A stretch of DNA of 64,000 nt, taken from NCBI RefSeq assembly GCF_009914755.1, contig NC_060948.1. One strand, written 5' to 3'. Shown in pieces: positions 24,347-38,975 of this stretch; the stretch's first letter is position 1; every line of letters starts with the position of its first letter. Origin of the DNA: the human T2T-CHM13v2.0 reference genome, Homo sapiens. The translations under genes were made by a program, and so were the position numbers. The notes beneath the pieces were generated by a model. It made no database searches. It saw only the letters and a list, made by a program, of their open reading frames with translations, and was not told where the DNA came from.

Positions 24347-27017
24347 GGTCTGGAATAAAGTGGAATGCTACGGTCTCGAATGGAATAAAAATGTATGGAA
24401 TGGAATGCAATGAAACGGAATCGAATGTCATAGAATGTAATGGAATGCAAAAAAATGGAATCCAAAATCATTGACTGGAAAGGCTGGGTGTCGAAAGGAA
24501 TTGACTCCAATGGAATGGAATCGAATGGAATGGAAGTGAATAGAATCGAACTAAATCGAATGGAATGGAATTGATAGGAACGGAATGGAAAGGAATGCAA
24601 TGATTTGGCATGGAATGGAATCGAATGGCATCGAATGGAATGGAATGGAATGCAATGGAATGGAATGTATTAGAATGGAATGAACTTTAATGGAATGTAC
24701 TCGAATGGATTCGACTGGAATGGAATGTTCTGGAAGTGAATGGACTCCAATGGAATGGATTCAAAAGGAATGGAATCGTACGGAATGGAATCTAATGGAA
24801 TGGAATTAAATGGAAATGAATCAAATTGAATAGCACGGAATTGAATTGAATGGAATGGAATGCAATGGAATCTAATGAAACGGAAAGGAAAGGAATGGAA
24901 TGGAATGGAATGGGCTGGAATGGAAAGGAATCGAAACGAATGGAATGGAATCGAACTGAAGAGACTGGAATGGAATGCACTGGAATGGAAGGGAGTGTAA
25001 TGGAAGGTTCTCGAAAAAAATGGAATCGAATGGAATGGAATTGAATGGAACGGAATAGAGTCGAATGGAATTGAATGGAATGGAATGGACTAGAGTGAAA
25101 TGGAATCGAACCACAAGGAATGGACAGGAATAGAATGGTCTCGAATTGAATGGAATCGTATGGAATGGCATCAAACGGAATGGAATGGACAGCCACGGAA
25201 TGGAATGCACTCGAATGCAATGGAGTCGAAACTAACGGACTGGAATAGAATGGACTCGATTGGTACGGACTCCAATGGAATGGAATCGAATGGAAGGGAA
25301 TCGAACGGAAGGGAATCGAACGGAATGGACTCGAAGGGAAAAGACTGCAATGGAAAGGTCTCGAATGGAATGGAAATTAATGGAATGGAATGGAATCGAA
25401 TGAAATGGAGTCAAAAGGAATGGAATCGAATGGCAAGAAATCGAATGTAATGGAATCGCAAGGAATTGATGTGAACGGAACGGAATGGAATGGAATCCAA
25501 AGGAATGGAATAGAATGGAATGGAATCGAATGGAAAGGACTCGAATGGAAATCACTCGAATAGAATGCAATTTAATAAAATAGGATCAAATGTAATAGAA
25601 TGGAATGGAAAGGAATCGAAACGGAAGGAATGGAGACAGATGGAATGGAATGGAACAGAGAGCAATGGTATAGAATGGAATGGAATCATCTGGAATGGAA
25701 TTGAATGGAATGGAATAATATGAAATGGAATGGAATGGAATGGAATGGAATGCCCTTGAATTAAATAGACTGGACTCGAACAGAGTGGAATGGAAAGTGT
25801 TGAGATAGAATGGAATGGACTCCTTTGGAATGGTCTAGTATGCAATGCAATCGACTGGCAGGGAATCAAAAGGAATGTAATCGAATGGATTGGACTGGAA
25901 TGCAATGGACTCGAATAGATTGGAAACGGAATGCAAAGGAATGGAATGGAATAGTATGGAATGCAATGGAAGGGAATGGAGTGGAATAGACTAGAGTGGA
26001 ATGGAATGGACTGGAAAGCAATGGACTGGAATGGAACTTTCTTGGATGGATGGGAATCAAACGGAATGGAATGCAATGCAATCAAATGGCATGGAATAAA
26101 ATAGAATGAAAGAGAATCAAATGGAATTGAATCGAATGGAATCGAATGGATTGGAAAGGAATAGAATGGAATGGAATGGAATTGACTCAAATGGAATGGA
26201 CTAGAATGGAATGGATTCGAATGGAATGGAATGTCATGGAATGGCATCAAATGGAATGGCATCAAATGGAATGGAATCGAATGCAATGGAATGCTATGGA
26301 ATGGAATGGAATGCATTGGAATGGAATGTCCTCTAATGGAATGGATTCGAGTGGAATGGAATTGAATATAATGGAGTCGAATGAAATGGAATTGAAAGGA
26401 ATGGGATCGAATACAATGGAATATACTGGAATGTAACGTAATGAACTCGAATGTAATTGACTGGAATGGAATGTACATGAATGGAATGTAATCGAATGGA
26501 AAGTAATCCAATGGAATAGAATCTAATGCAATAAAATCGACTCAGATAGAGTAGAATGTAATGGAATGGAGTGCAGTGCAATGGAATGGAATGGAATGGA
26601 ATGCAATGGAATGGAATGGAATGGAATGGAATGGAATGGAATGGAATGGAATGGGATGGAATGGTATGGAATGGATAGTAATGGACTGGAGTGAAATGGA
26701 CTGGAAAGGAATGGACTCAAATTGAAAGGGCTCGAAAGGAATGGAGTCAAATGGAATGGTCTGGAATGGAATGAACACGAATGTAATGCAATCCAATAGA
26801 ATGGAATCGAATGGCATGGAATATAAAGAAATGGAATCGAAGAGAATGGAAACAAATGGAATGGAATTGAATGGAATGGAATTGAATGGAATGTGAACGA
26901 ATGGAGTGAAATTGTATGCAGTAGAAGAGAATAGAATGGAATGCAAGCGAAAGGAAAGGAATGGATTGGAATGGAATGGAATTCATTGGAATGGAAGGGA
27001 ATGTAGTGTAATGGACA
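24347..27017 (+). repeat. Short DYZ1 monomer (2,671 bp), junction at 26217-26226
   Basis: Identical junction; the left HaeIII landmark is mutated to GGTC. Confidence 0.93.
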
Positions 27018-30000
27018 GGCCTGGAATAAAGTGGAATGCTACGGTCTCGAATGGAATAAAAATGTATGGAATGGAATGCAATGAAACGGAATCGAATGTC
27101 ATAGAATGTAATGGAATGCAAAAAAATGGAATCCAAAATCATTGACTGGAAAGGCTGGGTGTCGAAAGGAATTGACTCCAATGGAATGGAATCGAATGGA
27201 ATGGAAGTGAATAGAATCGAACTAAATCGAATGGAATGGAATTGATAGGAACGGAATGGAAAGGAATGCAATGATTTGGCATGGAATGGAATCGAATGGC
27301 ATCGAATGGAATGGAATGCAATGCAATGGAATGGAATGTATTAGAATGTAATGAACTTTAATGGAATGTACTCGAATGGATTCGACTGGAATGGAATGTT
27401 CTGGAAGTGAATGGACTCCAATGGAATGGATTCAAAAGGAATGGAATCGTACGGAATGGAATCTAATGGAATGGAATTAAATGGAAATGAATCAAATTGA
27501 ATAGCACGGAATTGAATTGAATGGAATGGAATGCAATGGAATCTAATGAAACGGAAAGGAAAGGAATGGAATGGAATGGAATGGACTGGAATGGAAAGGA
27601 ATCGAAACGAATGGAATGGAATCGAACTGAAGAGACTGGAATGGAATGCACTGGAATGGAAGGGAGTGTAATGGAAGGTTGTCGAAAAAAATGGAATCGA
27701 ATGGAATGGAATTGAATGGAACGGAATAGAGTCGAATGGAATTGCATGGAATGGAATGGACTAGAGTGAAATGGAATCGAACCACAAGGAATGGACAGGA
27801 ATAGAATGGTCTCGAATTGAATGGAATCGCATGGAATGGCATCAAACGGAATGGAATGGACAGCCACGGAATGGAATGCACTCGAATGCAATGGAGTCGA
27901 AACTAATGGACTGGAATAGAATGGACTCGACTGGTACGGACTCCAATGGAATGGAATCGAATGGAAGGGAATCGAACGGAAGGGAATCGAACGGAATGGA
28001 CTCGAAGGGAAAAGACTGCAATAGAAAGGTCTCGAATGGAATGGAAATTAATGGAATGGAATGGAATCGAATGAAATGGAGTCAAAAGGAATGGAATCGA
28101 ATGGCAAGAAATGGAATGTAATGGAATCGCCAGGAATTGATGTGAACGGAGCGGAATGGAATGGAATCCAAAGGAATGGAATAGAATGGAATGGAATCGA
28201 ATGGAAAGGACTCGAATGGAAATCACTCGAATAGAATGCAATTTAATAAAATAGGATCAAATGTAATGGAATGGAATGGAAAGGAATCGAAACGAAAGGA
28301 ATGGAGACAGATGGAATGGAATGGAACAGAGAGCAATGGTATAGAATGGAATGGAATCATCTGGAATGGAATTGAATGGAATGGAATGGAATGCCCTTGA
28401 ATTAAATGGACTGGAATGGAATGGACTCAAACAGAGTGGAATGGAAAGTGTTGAGATAGAGTGGAATGAACTCCTTTGGAATGGTCTAGTAGGCAATGCA
28501 ATCGACTGGCAGGGAATCAAAAGGAATGTAATCGAATGGATTGGACTGGAATGCAATGGACTCGAATAGATTGGAAACGGAATGCAAAGGAATGGAATGG
28601 AATAGTATGGAATGGAATGGAAAGGAATGTAGTGGAATAGACTAGAGTGGAATGGAATGGACTGGAAAGCAATGGACTGGAATGGAACTTTCTTGAATGG
28701 ACTGGAATCAAACGGAATGGAATGCAATGCAATCAAATGGCATGGAATAAAATAGAATGAAAGAGAATCAAATGGAATTGAATCGAATGGAATCGAATGG
28801 ATTGGAAAGGAATAGAACGGAATGGAATGGAATTGACTCAAATGGAATGGACTAGAATGGAATGGATTCGAATGGAAGACAAAGGAATGGAATCTATTGG
28901 AATGGACTGTAATGGAATGGAATGGAAGGGATTGGAATGGACTCGAATGGAATGGACTGCAATAGAAAGGATTCGAATGGAATGAAAAAGAATTGAATGG
29001 AATAGAACAGAATGGAATCAAATCGAATGAAATGGAATGGAATAGAAAGGAATGGAATGAAATGGAATGAAAAGGATTCCAATGGAATGCAATCGAATGG
29101 AATGGAATCGAACGGAATGGAATAAAATGGAAGAAAACTGGCAATAAATGGAATCGAAATGAATGGAGTGTTATGGAACGGACTCAAAAGGAATTGAATG
29201 TAATAGAATGGAGTGGAGTGGACTCGAATATAATGGACTGGAATGGAATGAAATCACATGGAATGTGAACGAATGGAATGGAATGGAAAGGAATGGAATC
29301 GAATGGAAAGGAATCGAATGGAGGGAATGAAATTGAATCAACAGGAATGGAAGGGAATAGAATAGACGGTAATGGAATGGACTCGAATAGAATGGACACG
29401 AATGCTCAAATTGAATGGACTCGAATGGAATGGAAACGAAAGGAATGTCATCGAATGGAATTGAATCGATTGGAATGAAATCGCATAGAATGGAGTGGAA
29501 TCAAATGGAATTGAATCGAAAGGAAAGGAAGCGAATGGACTGAAATGAAATGGAATGGAATTGAATGGAAAGTAACGCAATGGAATAGAATGGAACGAAA
29601 TTTCACGGAATGGAATCAAACTGAATGGAATCAAATCAATGGAATCAAATCAAATGGAATGGAAAGGAATTGAATGGAGTAGATGGGATTGGATGGGATT
29701 GGAATGAAATGTACTGGAAAGGACTCGAATTTCATGAAACGGAATGGAATGAATTGGAAAGGAATGGACTCGAATGGAATGGAATGTCATGGGATGGCAT
29801 CAAATGGAATGGCATCAAATGGAATGGAATCGAATGCAATGGAATGCTATGGAATGGAATGGAATGCATTGGAATGGAATGTCCTCTAATGGAATGGATT
29901 CGAGTGGAATGGAATTGAATATAATGGAGTCGAATGAAATGGAATTGAAAGGAATGGGATCGAATACAATGGAATATACTGGAATGTAACGTAATGAACT

Positions 30001-30565
30001 CGAATGTAATTGACTGGAATGGAATGTACATGAATGGAATGTAATCGAATGGAAAGTAATCCAATGGAATAGAATCTAATGCAATAAAATCGACTCAGAT
30101 AGAGTAGAATGTAATGGAATGGAGTGCAGTGCAATGGAATGGAATGGAATGGAATGCAATGGAATGGAATGGAATGGAATGGAATGGAATGGAATGGAAT
30201 GGGATGGAATGGTATGGAATGGATAGTAATGGACTGGAGTGAAATGGACTGGAAAGGAATGGACTCAAATTGAAAGGGCTCGAAAGGAATGGAGTCAAAT
30301 GGAATGGTCTGGAATGGAATGAACACGAATGTAATGCAACCCAATAGAATGGAATCGAATGGCATGGAATATAAAGAAATGGAATCGAAGAGAATGGAAA
30401 CAAATGGAATGGAATTGAATGGAATGGAATTGAATGGAATGGGAACGAATGGAGTGAAATTGTATGCAGTAGAAGAGAATAGAATGGAATGCAAGCGAAA
30501 GGAAAGGAATGGATTGGAATGGAATGGAATTCATTGGAATGGAAGGGAATGTAGTGTAATGGACA

Positions 30566-33236
30566 GGCCTGGAATAAAGTGGAATGCTACGGTCTCGAAT
30601 GGAATAAAAATGTATGGAATGGAATGCAATGAAACGGAATCGAATGTCATAGAATGTAATGGAATGCAAAAAAATGGAATCCAAAATCATTGACTGGAAA
30701 GGCTGGGTGTCGAAAGGAATTGACTCCAATGGAATGGAATCGAATGGAATGGAAGTGAATAGAATCGAACTAAATCGAATGGAATGGAATTGATAGGAAC
30801 GGAATGGAAAGGAATGCAATGATTTGGCATGGAATGGAATCGAATGGCATCGAATGGAATGGAATGGAATGCAATGGAATGGAATGTATTAGAATGGAAT
30901 GAACTTTAATGGAATGTACTCGAATGGATTCGACTGGAATGGAATGTTCTGGAAGTGAATGGACTCCAATGGAATGGATTCAAAAGGAATGGAATCGTAC
31001 GGAATGGAATCTAATGGAATGGAATTAAATGGAAATGAATCAAATTGAATAGCACGGAATTGAATTGAATGGAATGGAATGCAATGGAATCTAATGAAAC
31101 GGAAAGGAAAGGAATGGAATGGAATGGAATGGGCTGGAATGGAAAGGAATCGAAACGAATGGAATGGAATCGAACTGAAGAGACTGGAATGGAATGCACT
31201 GGAATGGAAGGGAGTGTAATGGAAGGTTCTCGAAAAAAATGGAATCGAATGGAATGGAATTGAATGGAACGGAATAGAGTCGAATGGAATTGAATGGAAT
31301 GGAATGGACTAGAGTGAAATGGAATCGAACCACAAGGAATGGACAGGAATAGAATGGTCTCGAATTGAATGGAATCGTATGGAATGGCATCAAACGGAAT
31401 GGAATGGACAGCCACGGAATGGAATGCACTCGAATGCAATGGAGTCGAAACTAACGGACTGGAATAGAATGGACTCGATTGGTACGGACTCCAATGGAAT
31501 GGAATCGAATGGAAGGGAATCGAACGGAAGGGAATCGAACGGAATGGACTCGAAGGGAAAAGACTGCAATGGAAAGGTCTCGAATGGAATGGAAATTAAT
31601 GGAATGGAATGGAATCGAATGAAATGGAGTCAAAAGGAATGGAATCGAATGGCAAGAAATCGAATGTAATGGAATCGCAAGGAATTGATGTGAACGGAAC
31701 GGAATGGAATGGAATCCAAAGGAATGGAATAGAATGGAATGGAATCGAATGGAAAGGACTCGAATGGAAATCACTCGAATAGAATGCAATTTAATAAAAT
31801 AGGATCAAATGTAATAGAATGGAATGGAAAGGAATCGAAACGGAAGGAATGGAGACAGATGGAATGGAATGGAACAGAGAGCAATGGTATAGAATGGAAT
31901 GGAATCATCTGGAATGGAATTGAATGGAATGGAATAATATGAAATGGAATGGAATGGAATGGAATGGAATGCCCTTGAATTAAATGGACTGGACTCGAAC
32001 AGAGTGGAATGGAAAGTGTTGAGATAGAATGGAATGGACTCCTTTGGAATGGTCTAGTATGCAATGCAATCGACTGGCAGGGAATCAAAAGGAATGTAAT
32101 CGAATGGATTGGACTGGAATGCAATGGACTCGAATAGATTGGAAACGGAATGCAAAGGAATGGAATGGAATAGTATGGAATGCAATGGAAGGGAATGGAG
32201 TGGAATAGACTAGAGTGGAATGGAATGGACTGGAAAGCAATGGACTGGAATGGAACATTCTTGGATGGATGGGAATCAAACGGAATGGAATGCAATGCAA
32301 TCAAATGGCATGGAATAAAATAGAATGAAAGAGAATCAAATGGAATTGAATCGAATGGAATCGAATGGATTGGAAAGGAATAGAATGGAATGGAATGGAA
32401 TTGACTCAAATGGAATGGACTAGAATGGAATGGATTCGAATGGAATGGAATGTCATGGAATGGCATCAAATGGAATGGCATCAAATGGAATGGAATCGAA
32501 TGCAATGGAATGCTATGGAATGGAATGGAATGCATTGGAATGGAATGTCCTCTAATGGAATGGATTCGAGTGGAATGGAATTGAATATAATGGAGTCGAA
32601 TGAAATGGAATTGAAAGGAATGGGATCGAATACAATGGAATATACTGGAATGTAACGTAATGAACTCGAATGTAATTGACTGGAATGGAATGTACATGAA
32701 TGGAATGTAATCGAATGGAAAGTAATCCAATGGAATAGAATCTAATGCAATAAAATCGACTCAGATAGAGTAGAATGTAATGGAATGGAGTGCAGTGCAA
32801 TGGAATGGAATGGAATGGAATGCAATGGAATGGAATGGAATGGAATGGAATGGAATGGAATGGAATGGAATGGGATGGAATGGTATGGAATGGATAGTAA
32901 TGGACTGGAGTGAAATGGACTGGAAAGGAATGGACTCAAATTGAAAGGGCTCGAAAGGAATGGAGTCAAATGGAATGGTCTGGAATGGAATGAACACGAA
33001 TGTAATGCAATCCAATAGAATGGAATCGAATGGCATGGAATATAAAGAAATGGAATCGAAGAGAATGGAAACAAATGGAATGGAATTGAATGGAATGGAA
33101 TTGAATGGAATGTGAACGAATGGAGTGAAATTGTATGCAGTAGAAGAGAATAGAATGGAATGCAAGCGAAAGGAAAGGAATGGATTGGAATGGAATGGAA
33201 TTCATTGGAATGGAAGGGAATGTAGTGTAATGGACA
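30566..33236 (+). repeat. Short DYZ1 monomer (2,671 bp), junction at 32436-32445
   Basis: Identical junction; HaeIII spacing 2671. Confidence 0.93.
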
Positions 33237-36200
33237 GGCCTGGAATAAAGTGGAATGCTACGGTCTCGAATGGAATAAAAATGTATGGAATGGAATGCAA
33301 TGAAACGGAATCGAATGTCATAGAATGTAATGGAATGCAAAAAAATGGAATCCAAAATCATTGACTGGAAAGGCTGGGTGTCGAAAGGAATTGACTCCAA
33401 TGGAATGGAATCGAATGGAATGGAAGTGAATAGAATCGAACTAAATCGAATGGAATGGAATTGATAGGAACGGAATGGAAAGGAATGCAACGATTTGGCA
33501 TGGAATGGAATCGAATGGCATCGAATGGAATGGAATGGAATGCAATGGAATGGAATGTATTAGAATGTAATGAACTTTAATGGAATGTACTCGAATGGAT
33601 TCGACTGGAATGGAATGTTCTGGAAGTGAATGGACTCCAATGGAATGGATTCAAAAGGAATGGAATCGTACGGAATGGAATCTAATGGAATGGAATTAAA
33701 TGGAAATGAATCAAATTGAATAGCACGGAATTGAATTGAATGGAATGGAATGCAATGGAATCTAATGAAACGGAAAGGAAAGGAATGGAATGGAATGGAA
33801 TGGACTGGAATGGAAAGGAATCGAAACGAATGGAATGGAATCGAACTGAAGAGACTGGAATGGAATGCACTGGAATGGAAGGGAGTGTAATGGAAGGTTG
33901 TCGAAAAAAATGGAATCGAATGGAATGGAATTGAATGGAACGGAATAGAGTCGAATGGAATTGAATGGAATGGAATGGACTAGAGTGAAATGGAATAGAA
34001 CCACAAGGAATGGACAGGAATAGAATGGTCTCGAATTGAATGGAATCGTATGGAATGGCATCAAACGGAATGGAATGGACAGCCACGGAATGGAATGCAC
34101 TCGAATGCAATGGAGTCGAAACTAATGGACTGGAATAGAATGGACTCGACTGGTACGGACTCCAATGGAATGGAATCGAATGGAAGGGAATCGAACGGAA
34201 GGGAATCGAACGGAATGGACTCGAAGGGAAAAGACTGCAATAGAAAGGTCTCGAATGGAATGGAAATTAATGGAATGGAATGGAATCGAATGAAATGGAG
34301 TCAAAAGGAATGGAATCGAATGGCAAGAAATGGAATGTAATGGAATCGCCAGGAATTGATGTGAACGGAGCGGAATGGAATGGAATCCAAAGGAATGGAA
34401 TAGAATGGAATGGAATCGAATGGAAAGGACTCGAATGGAAATCACTCGAATAGAATGCAATTTAATAAAATAGGATCAAATGTAATGGAATGGAATGGAA
34501 AGGAATCGAAACGAAAGGAATGGAGACAGATGGAATGGAATGGAACAGAGAGCAATGGTATAGAATGGAATGGAATCATCTGGAATGGAATTGAATGGAA
34601 TGGAATGGAATGCCCTTGAATTAAATGGACTGGAATGGAATGGACTCAAACAGAGTGGAATGGAAAGTGTTGAGATAGAATGGAATGAACTCCTTTGGAA
34701 TGGTCTAGTAGGCAATGCAATCGACTGGCAGGGAATCAAAAGGAATGTAATCGAATGGATTGGACTGGAATGCAATGGACTCGAATAGATTGGAAACGGA
34801 ATGCAAAGGAATGGAATGGAATAGTATGGAATGGAATGGAAAGGAATGGAGTGGAATAGACTAGAGTGGAATGGAATGGACTGGAAAGCAATGGACTGGA
34901 ATGGAACTTTCTTGAATGGACTGGAATCAAACGGAATGGAATGCAATGCAATCAAATGGCATGGAATAAAATAGAATGAAAGAGAATCAAATGGAATTGA
35001 ATCGAATGGAATCGAATGGATTGGAAAGGAATAGAACGGAATGGAATGGAATTGACTCAAATGGAATGGACTAGAATGGAATGGATTCGAATGGAAGACA
35101 AAGGAATGGAATCTATTGGAATGGACTGTAATGGAATGGAATGGAAGGGATTGGAATGGACTCGAATGGAATGGACTGCAATAGAAAGGATTCGAATGGA
35201 ATGAAAAAGAATTGAATGGAATAGAACAGAATGGAATCAAATCGAATGAAATGGAATGGAATAGAAAGGAATGGAATGAAATGGAATGAAAAGGATTCGA
35301 ATGGAATGCAATCGAATGGAATGGAATCGAACGGAATGGAATAAAATGGAAGAAAACTGGCAATAAATGGAATCGAAATGAATGGAGTGTTATGGAACGG
35401 ACTCAAAAGGAATTGAATGTAATAGAATGGAGTGGAGTGGACTCGAATATAATGGACTGGAATGGAATGAAATCACATGGAATGGGAACGAATGGAATGG
35501 AATGGAAAGGAATGGAATCGAATGGAAAGGAATCGAATGGAGGGAATGAAATTGAATCAACAGGAATGGAAGGGAATAGAATAGACGGTAATGGAATGGA
35601 CTCGAATAGAATGGACACGAATGCTCAAATTGAATGGACTCGAATGGAATGGAAACGAAAGGAATGTCATCGAATGGAATTGAATCGATTGGAATGAAAT
35701 CGCATAGAATGGAGTGGAATCAAATGGAATTGAATCGAAAGGAAAGGAAGCGAATGGACTGAAATGAAATGGAATGGAATTGAATGGAAAGTAATGCAAT
35801 GGAATAGAATGGAACGAAATTTCACGGAATGGAATCAAACTGAATGGAATCAAATCAATGGAATCAAATCAAATGGAATGGAAAGGAATTGAATGGAGTA
35901 GATTGGATTGGATGGGATTGGAATGAAATGTACTGGAAAGGACTCGAATTTCATGAAACGGAATGGAATGAATTGGAACGGAATGGACTCGAATGGAATG
36001 GAATGTCATGGGATGGCATCAAATGGAATGGCATCAAATGGAATGGAATCGAATGCAATGGAATGCTATGGAATGGAATGGAATGCATTGGAATGGAATG
36101 TCCTCTAATGGAATGGATTCGAGTGGAATGGAATTGAATATAATGGAGTCGAATGAAATGGAATTGAAAAGAATGGGATCGAATACAATGGAATATACTG

Positions 36201-38975
36201 GAATGTAACGTAATGAACTCGAATGTAATTGACTGGAATGGAATGTACATGAATGGAATGTAATCGAATGGAAAGTAATCCAATGGAATAGAATCTAATG
36301 CAATAAAATCGACTCAGATAGAGTAGAATGTAATGGAATGGAGTGTTGTGCAATGGAATGGAATGGAATGGAATGCAATGGAATGGAATGGAATGGAATG
36401 GGATGGAATGGTATGGAATGGATAGTAATGGACTGGAGTGAAATGGACTGGAAAGGAATGGACTCAAATTGAAAGGGCACGAAAGGAATGGAGTCAAATG
36501 GAATGGTCTGGAATGGAATGAACACGAATGTAATGCAACCCAATAGAATGGAATCGAATGGCATGGAATATAAAGAAATGGAATCGAAGAGAATGGAAAC
36601 AAATGGAATGGAATTGAATGGAATGTGAACGAATGGAGTGAAATTGTATGCAGTAGAAGAGAATAGAATGGAATGCAAGCGAAAGGAAAGGAATGGATTG
36701 GAATGGAATGGAATTCATTGGAATGGAAGGGAATGTAGTGTAATGGACAGGCCTGGAATAAAGTGGAATGCTACGGTCTCGAATGGAATAAAAATGTATG
36801 GAATGGAATGCAATGAAACGGAATCGAATGTCATAGAATGTAATGGAATGCAACAAAATGGAATCCAAAATCATTGACTGGAAAGGCTGGGTGTCGAAAG
36901 GAATTGACTCCAATGGAATGGAATCGAATGGAATGGAAGTGAATAGAATCGAACTAAATCGAATGGAATGGAATTGATAGGAACGGAATGGAAAAGAATG
37001 CAATGATTTGGCATGGAATGGAATCGAATGGCATCGAATGGAATGGAATGGAATGCAATGGAATGGAATGTATTAGAATGGAATGAACTTTAATGGAATG
37101 TACTCGAATGGATTCGACTGGAATGGAATGTTCTGGAAGTGAATGGACTCCAATGGAATGGATTCAAAAGGAATGGAATCGTACGGAATGGAATCTAATG
37201 GAATGGAATTAAATGGAAATGAATCAAATTGAATAGCACGGAATTGAATTGAATGGAATGGAATGCAATGGAATCTAATGAAACGGAAAGGAAAGGAATG
37301 GAATGGAATGGAATGGGCTGGAATGGAAAGGAATCGAAACGAATGGAATGGAATCGAACTGAAGAGACTGGAATGGAATGCACTGGAATGGAAGGGAGTG
37401 TAATGGAAGGTTCTCGAAAAAAATGGAATCGAATGGAATGGAATTGAATGGAACGGAATAGAGTCGAATGGAATTGAATGGAATGGAATGGACTAGAGTG
37501 AAATGGAATCGAACCACAAGGAATGGAGAGGAATAGAATGGTCTCGAATTGAATGGAATCGTATGGAATGGCATCAAACGGAATGGAATGGACAGCCACG
37601 GAATGGAATGCACTCGAATGCAATGGAGTCGAAACTAATGGACTGGAATAGAATGGACTCGACTGGTACGGACTCCAATGGAATGGAATCGAATGGAAGG
37701 GAATCGAACGGAATGGACTCGAAGGGAAAAGACTGCAATGGAAAGGTCTCGAATGGAATGGAAATTAATGGGATGGAATGGAATCGAATGAAATGGAGTC
37801 AAAAGGAATGGAATCGAATGGCAAGAAATCGAATGTAATGGAATCGCAAGGAATTGATGTGAACGGAACGGAATGGAATGGAATCCAAAGGAATGGAATA
37901 GAATGGAATGGAATCGAATGGAAAGGACTCGAATGGAAATCACTCGAATAGAATGCAATTTAATAAAATAGGATCAAATGTAATAGAATGGAATGGAAAG
38001 GAATCGAAACGGAAGGAATGGAGACAGATGGAATGGAATGGAACAGAGAGCAATGGTATAGAATGGAATGGAATCATCTGGAATGGAATTGAATGGAATG
38101 GAATAATATGAAATGGAATGGAATGGAATGGAATGGAATGCCCTTGAATTAAATGGACTGGAATGGAATGGACTCGAACAGAGTGGAATGGAAAGTGTTG
38201 ACATAGAATGGAATGGACTCCTTTGGAATGGTGTACTATGCAATGCAATCGACTGGCAGGGAATCAAAAGGAATGTAATCGAATGGATTGGACTGGAATG
38301 CAATGGACTCGAATAGATTGCAAACGGAATGCAAAGGAATGGAATGGAATAGTATGGAATGGAATGGAAAGGAATGGAGTGGAATAGACTAGAGTGGAAT
38401 GGAATGGACTGGAAAGCAATGGACTGGAATGGAACTTTCTTGAATGGACTGGAATCAAACGGAATGGAATGCAATGCAATCAAAAGGCATGGAATAAAAT
38501 AGAATGAAAGAGAATCAAATGGAATTGAATCGAATGGAATCGAATGGATTGGAAAGGAATAGAATGGAATGGAATGGAATGGACTAGAATGGAATGGATT
38601 CGAATGGAAGGCAAAGGAATGGAATCTATTGGAATGGACTGTAATGGAATGGAATGGAAGGGATTGGAATGGACTCGAATGGAATTGACTGCAATAGAAA
38701 GGATTCGAATGGAATGAAAAAGAATTGAATGGAATAGAACAGAATGGAATCAAATCGAATGAAATGGAATGGAATAGAAAGGAATGGAATGAAATGGAAT
38801 GGAAAGGATTCGAATGGAATGCAATCGAATGGAATGGAATCGAACGGAATGGAATAAAATGGAAGAAAACTGGCAAGAAAGGGAATCGATATGAATGGAG
38901 TGTTATGGAACGGACTCAAAAGGAATTGAATGTAATAGAATGGAGTGGAGTGGACTCGAATATAATGGACTGGAA

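Larger units (their letters stand above)
23984..36340 (+). repeat. Same 6,219 bp dimer duplication inside HOR period 2; ends approximate
   Basis: Offsets 24347/30566, 26217/32436 and 27018/33237 all equal 6219. Confidence 0.88.
19486..38975 (+). repeat. Six-monomer higher-order repeat, period 2 (19,490 bp)
   Basis: Same monomer length series (long, 2671, 3548, 2671, 3513, long) and the same diagnostic variants. The offset grows from 19485 to 19490 after one extra pentamer at ~23930-23983. Confidence 0.93.
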
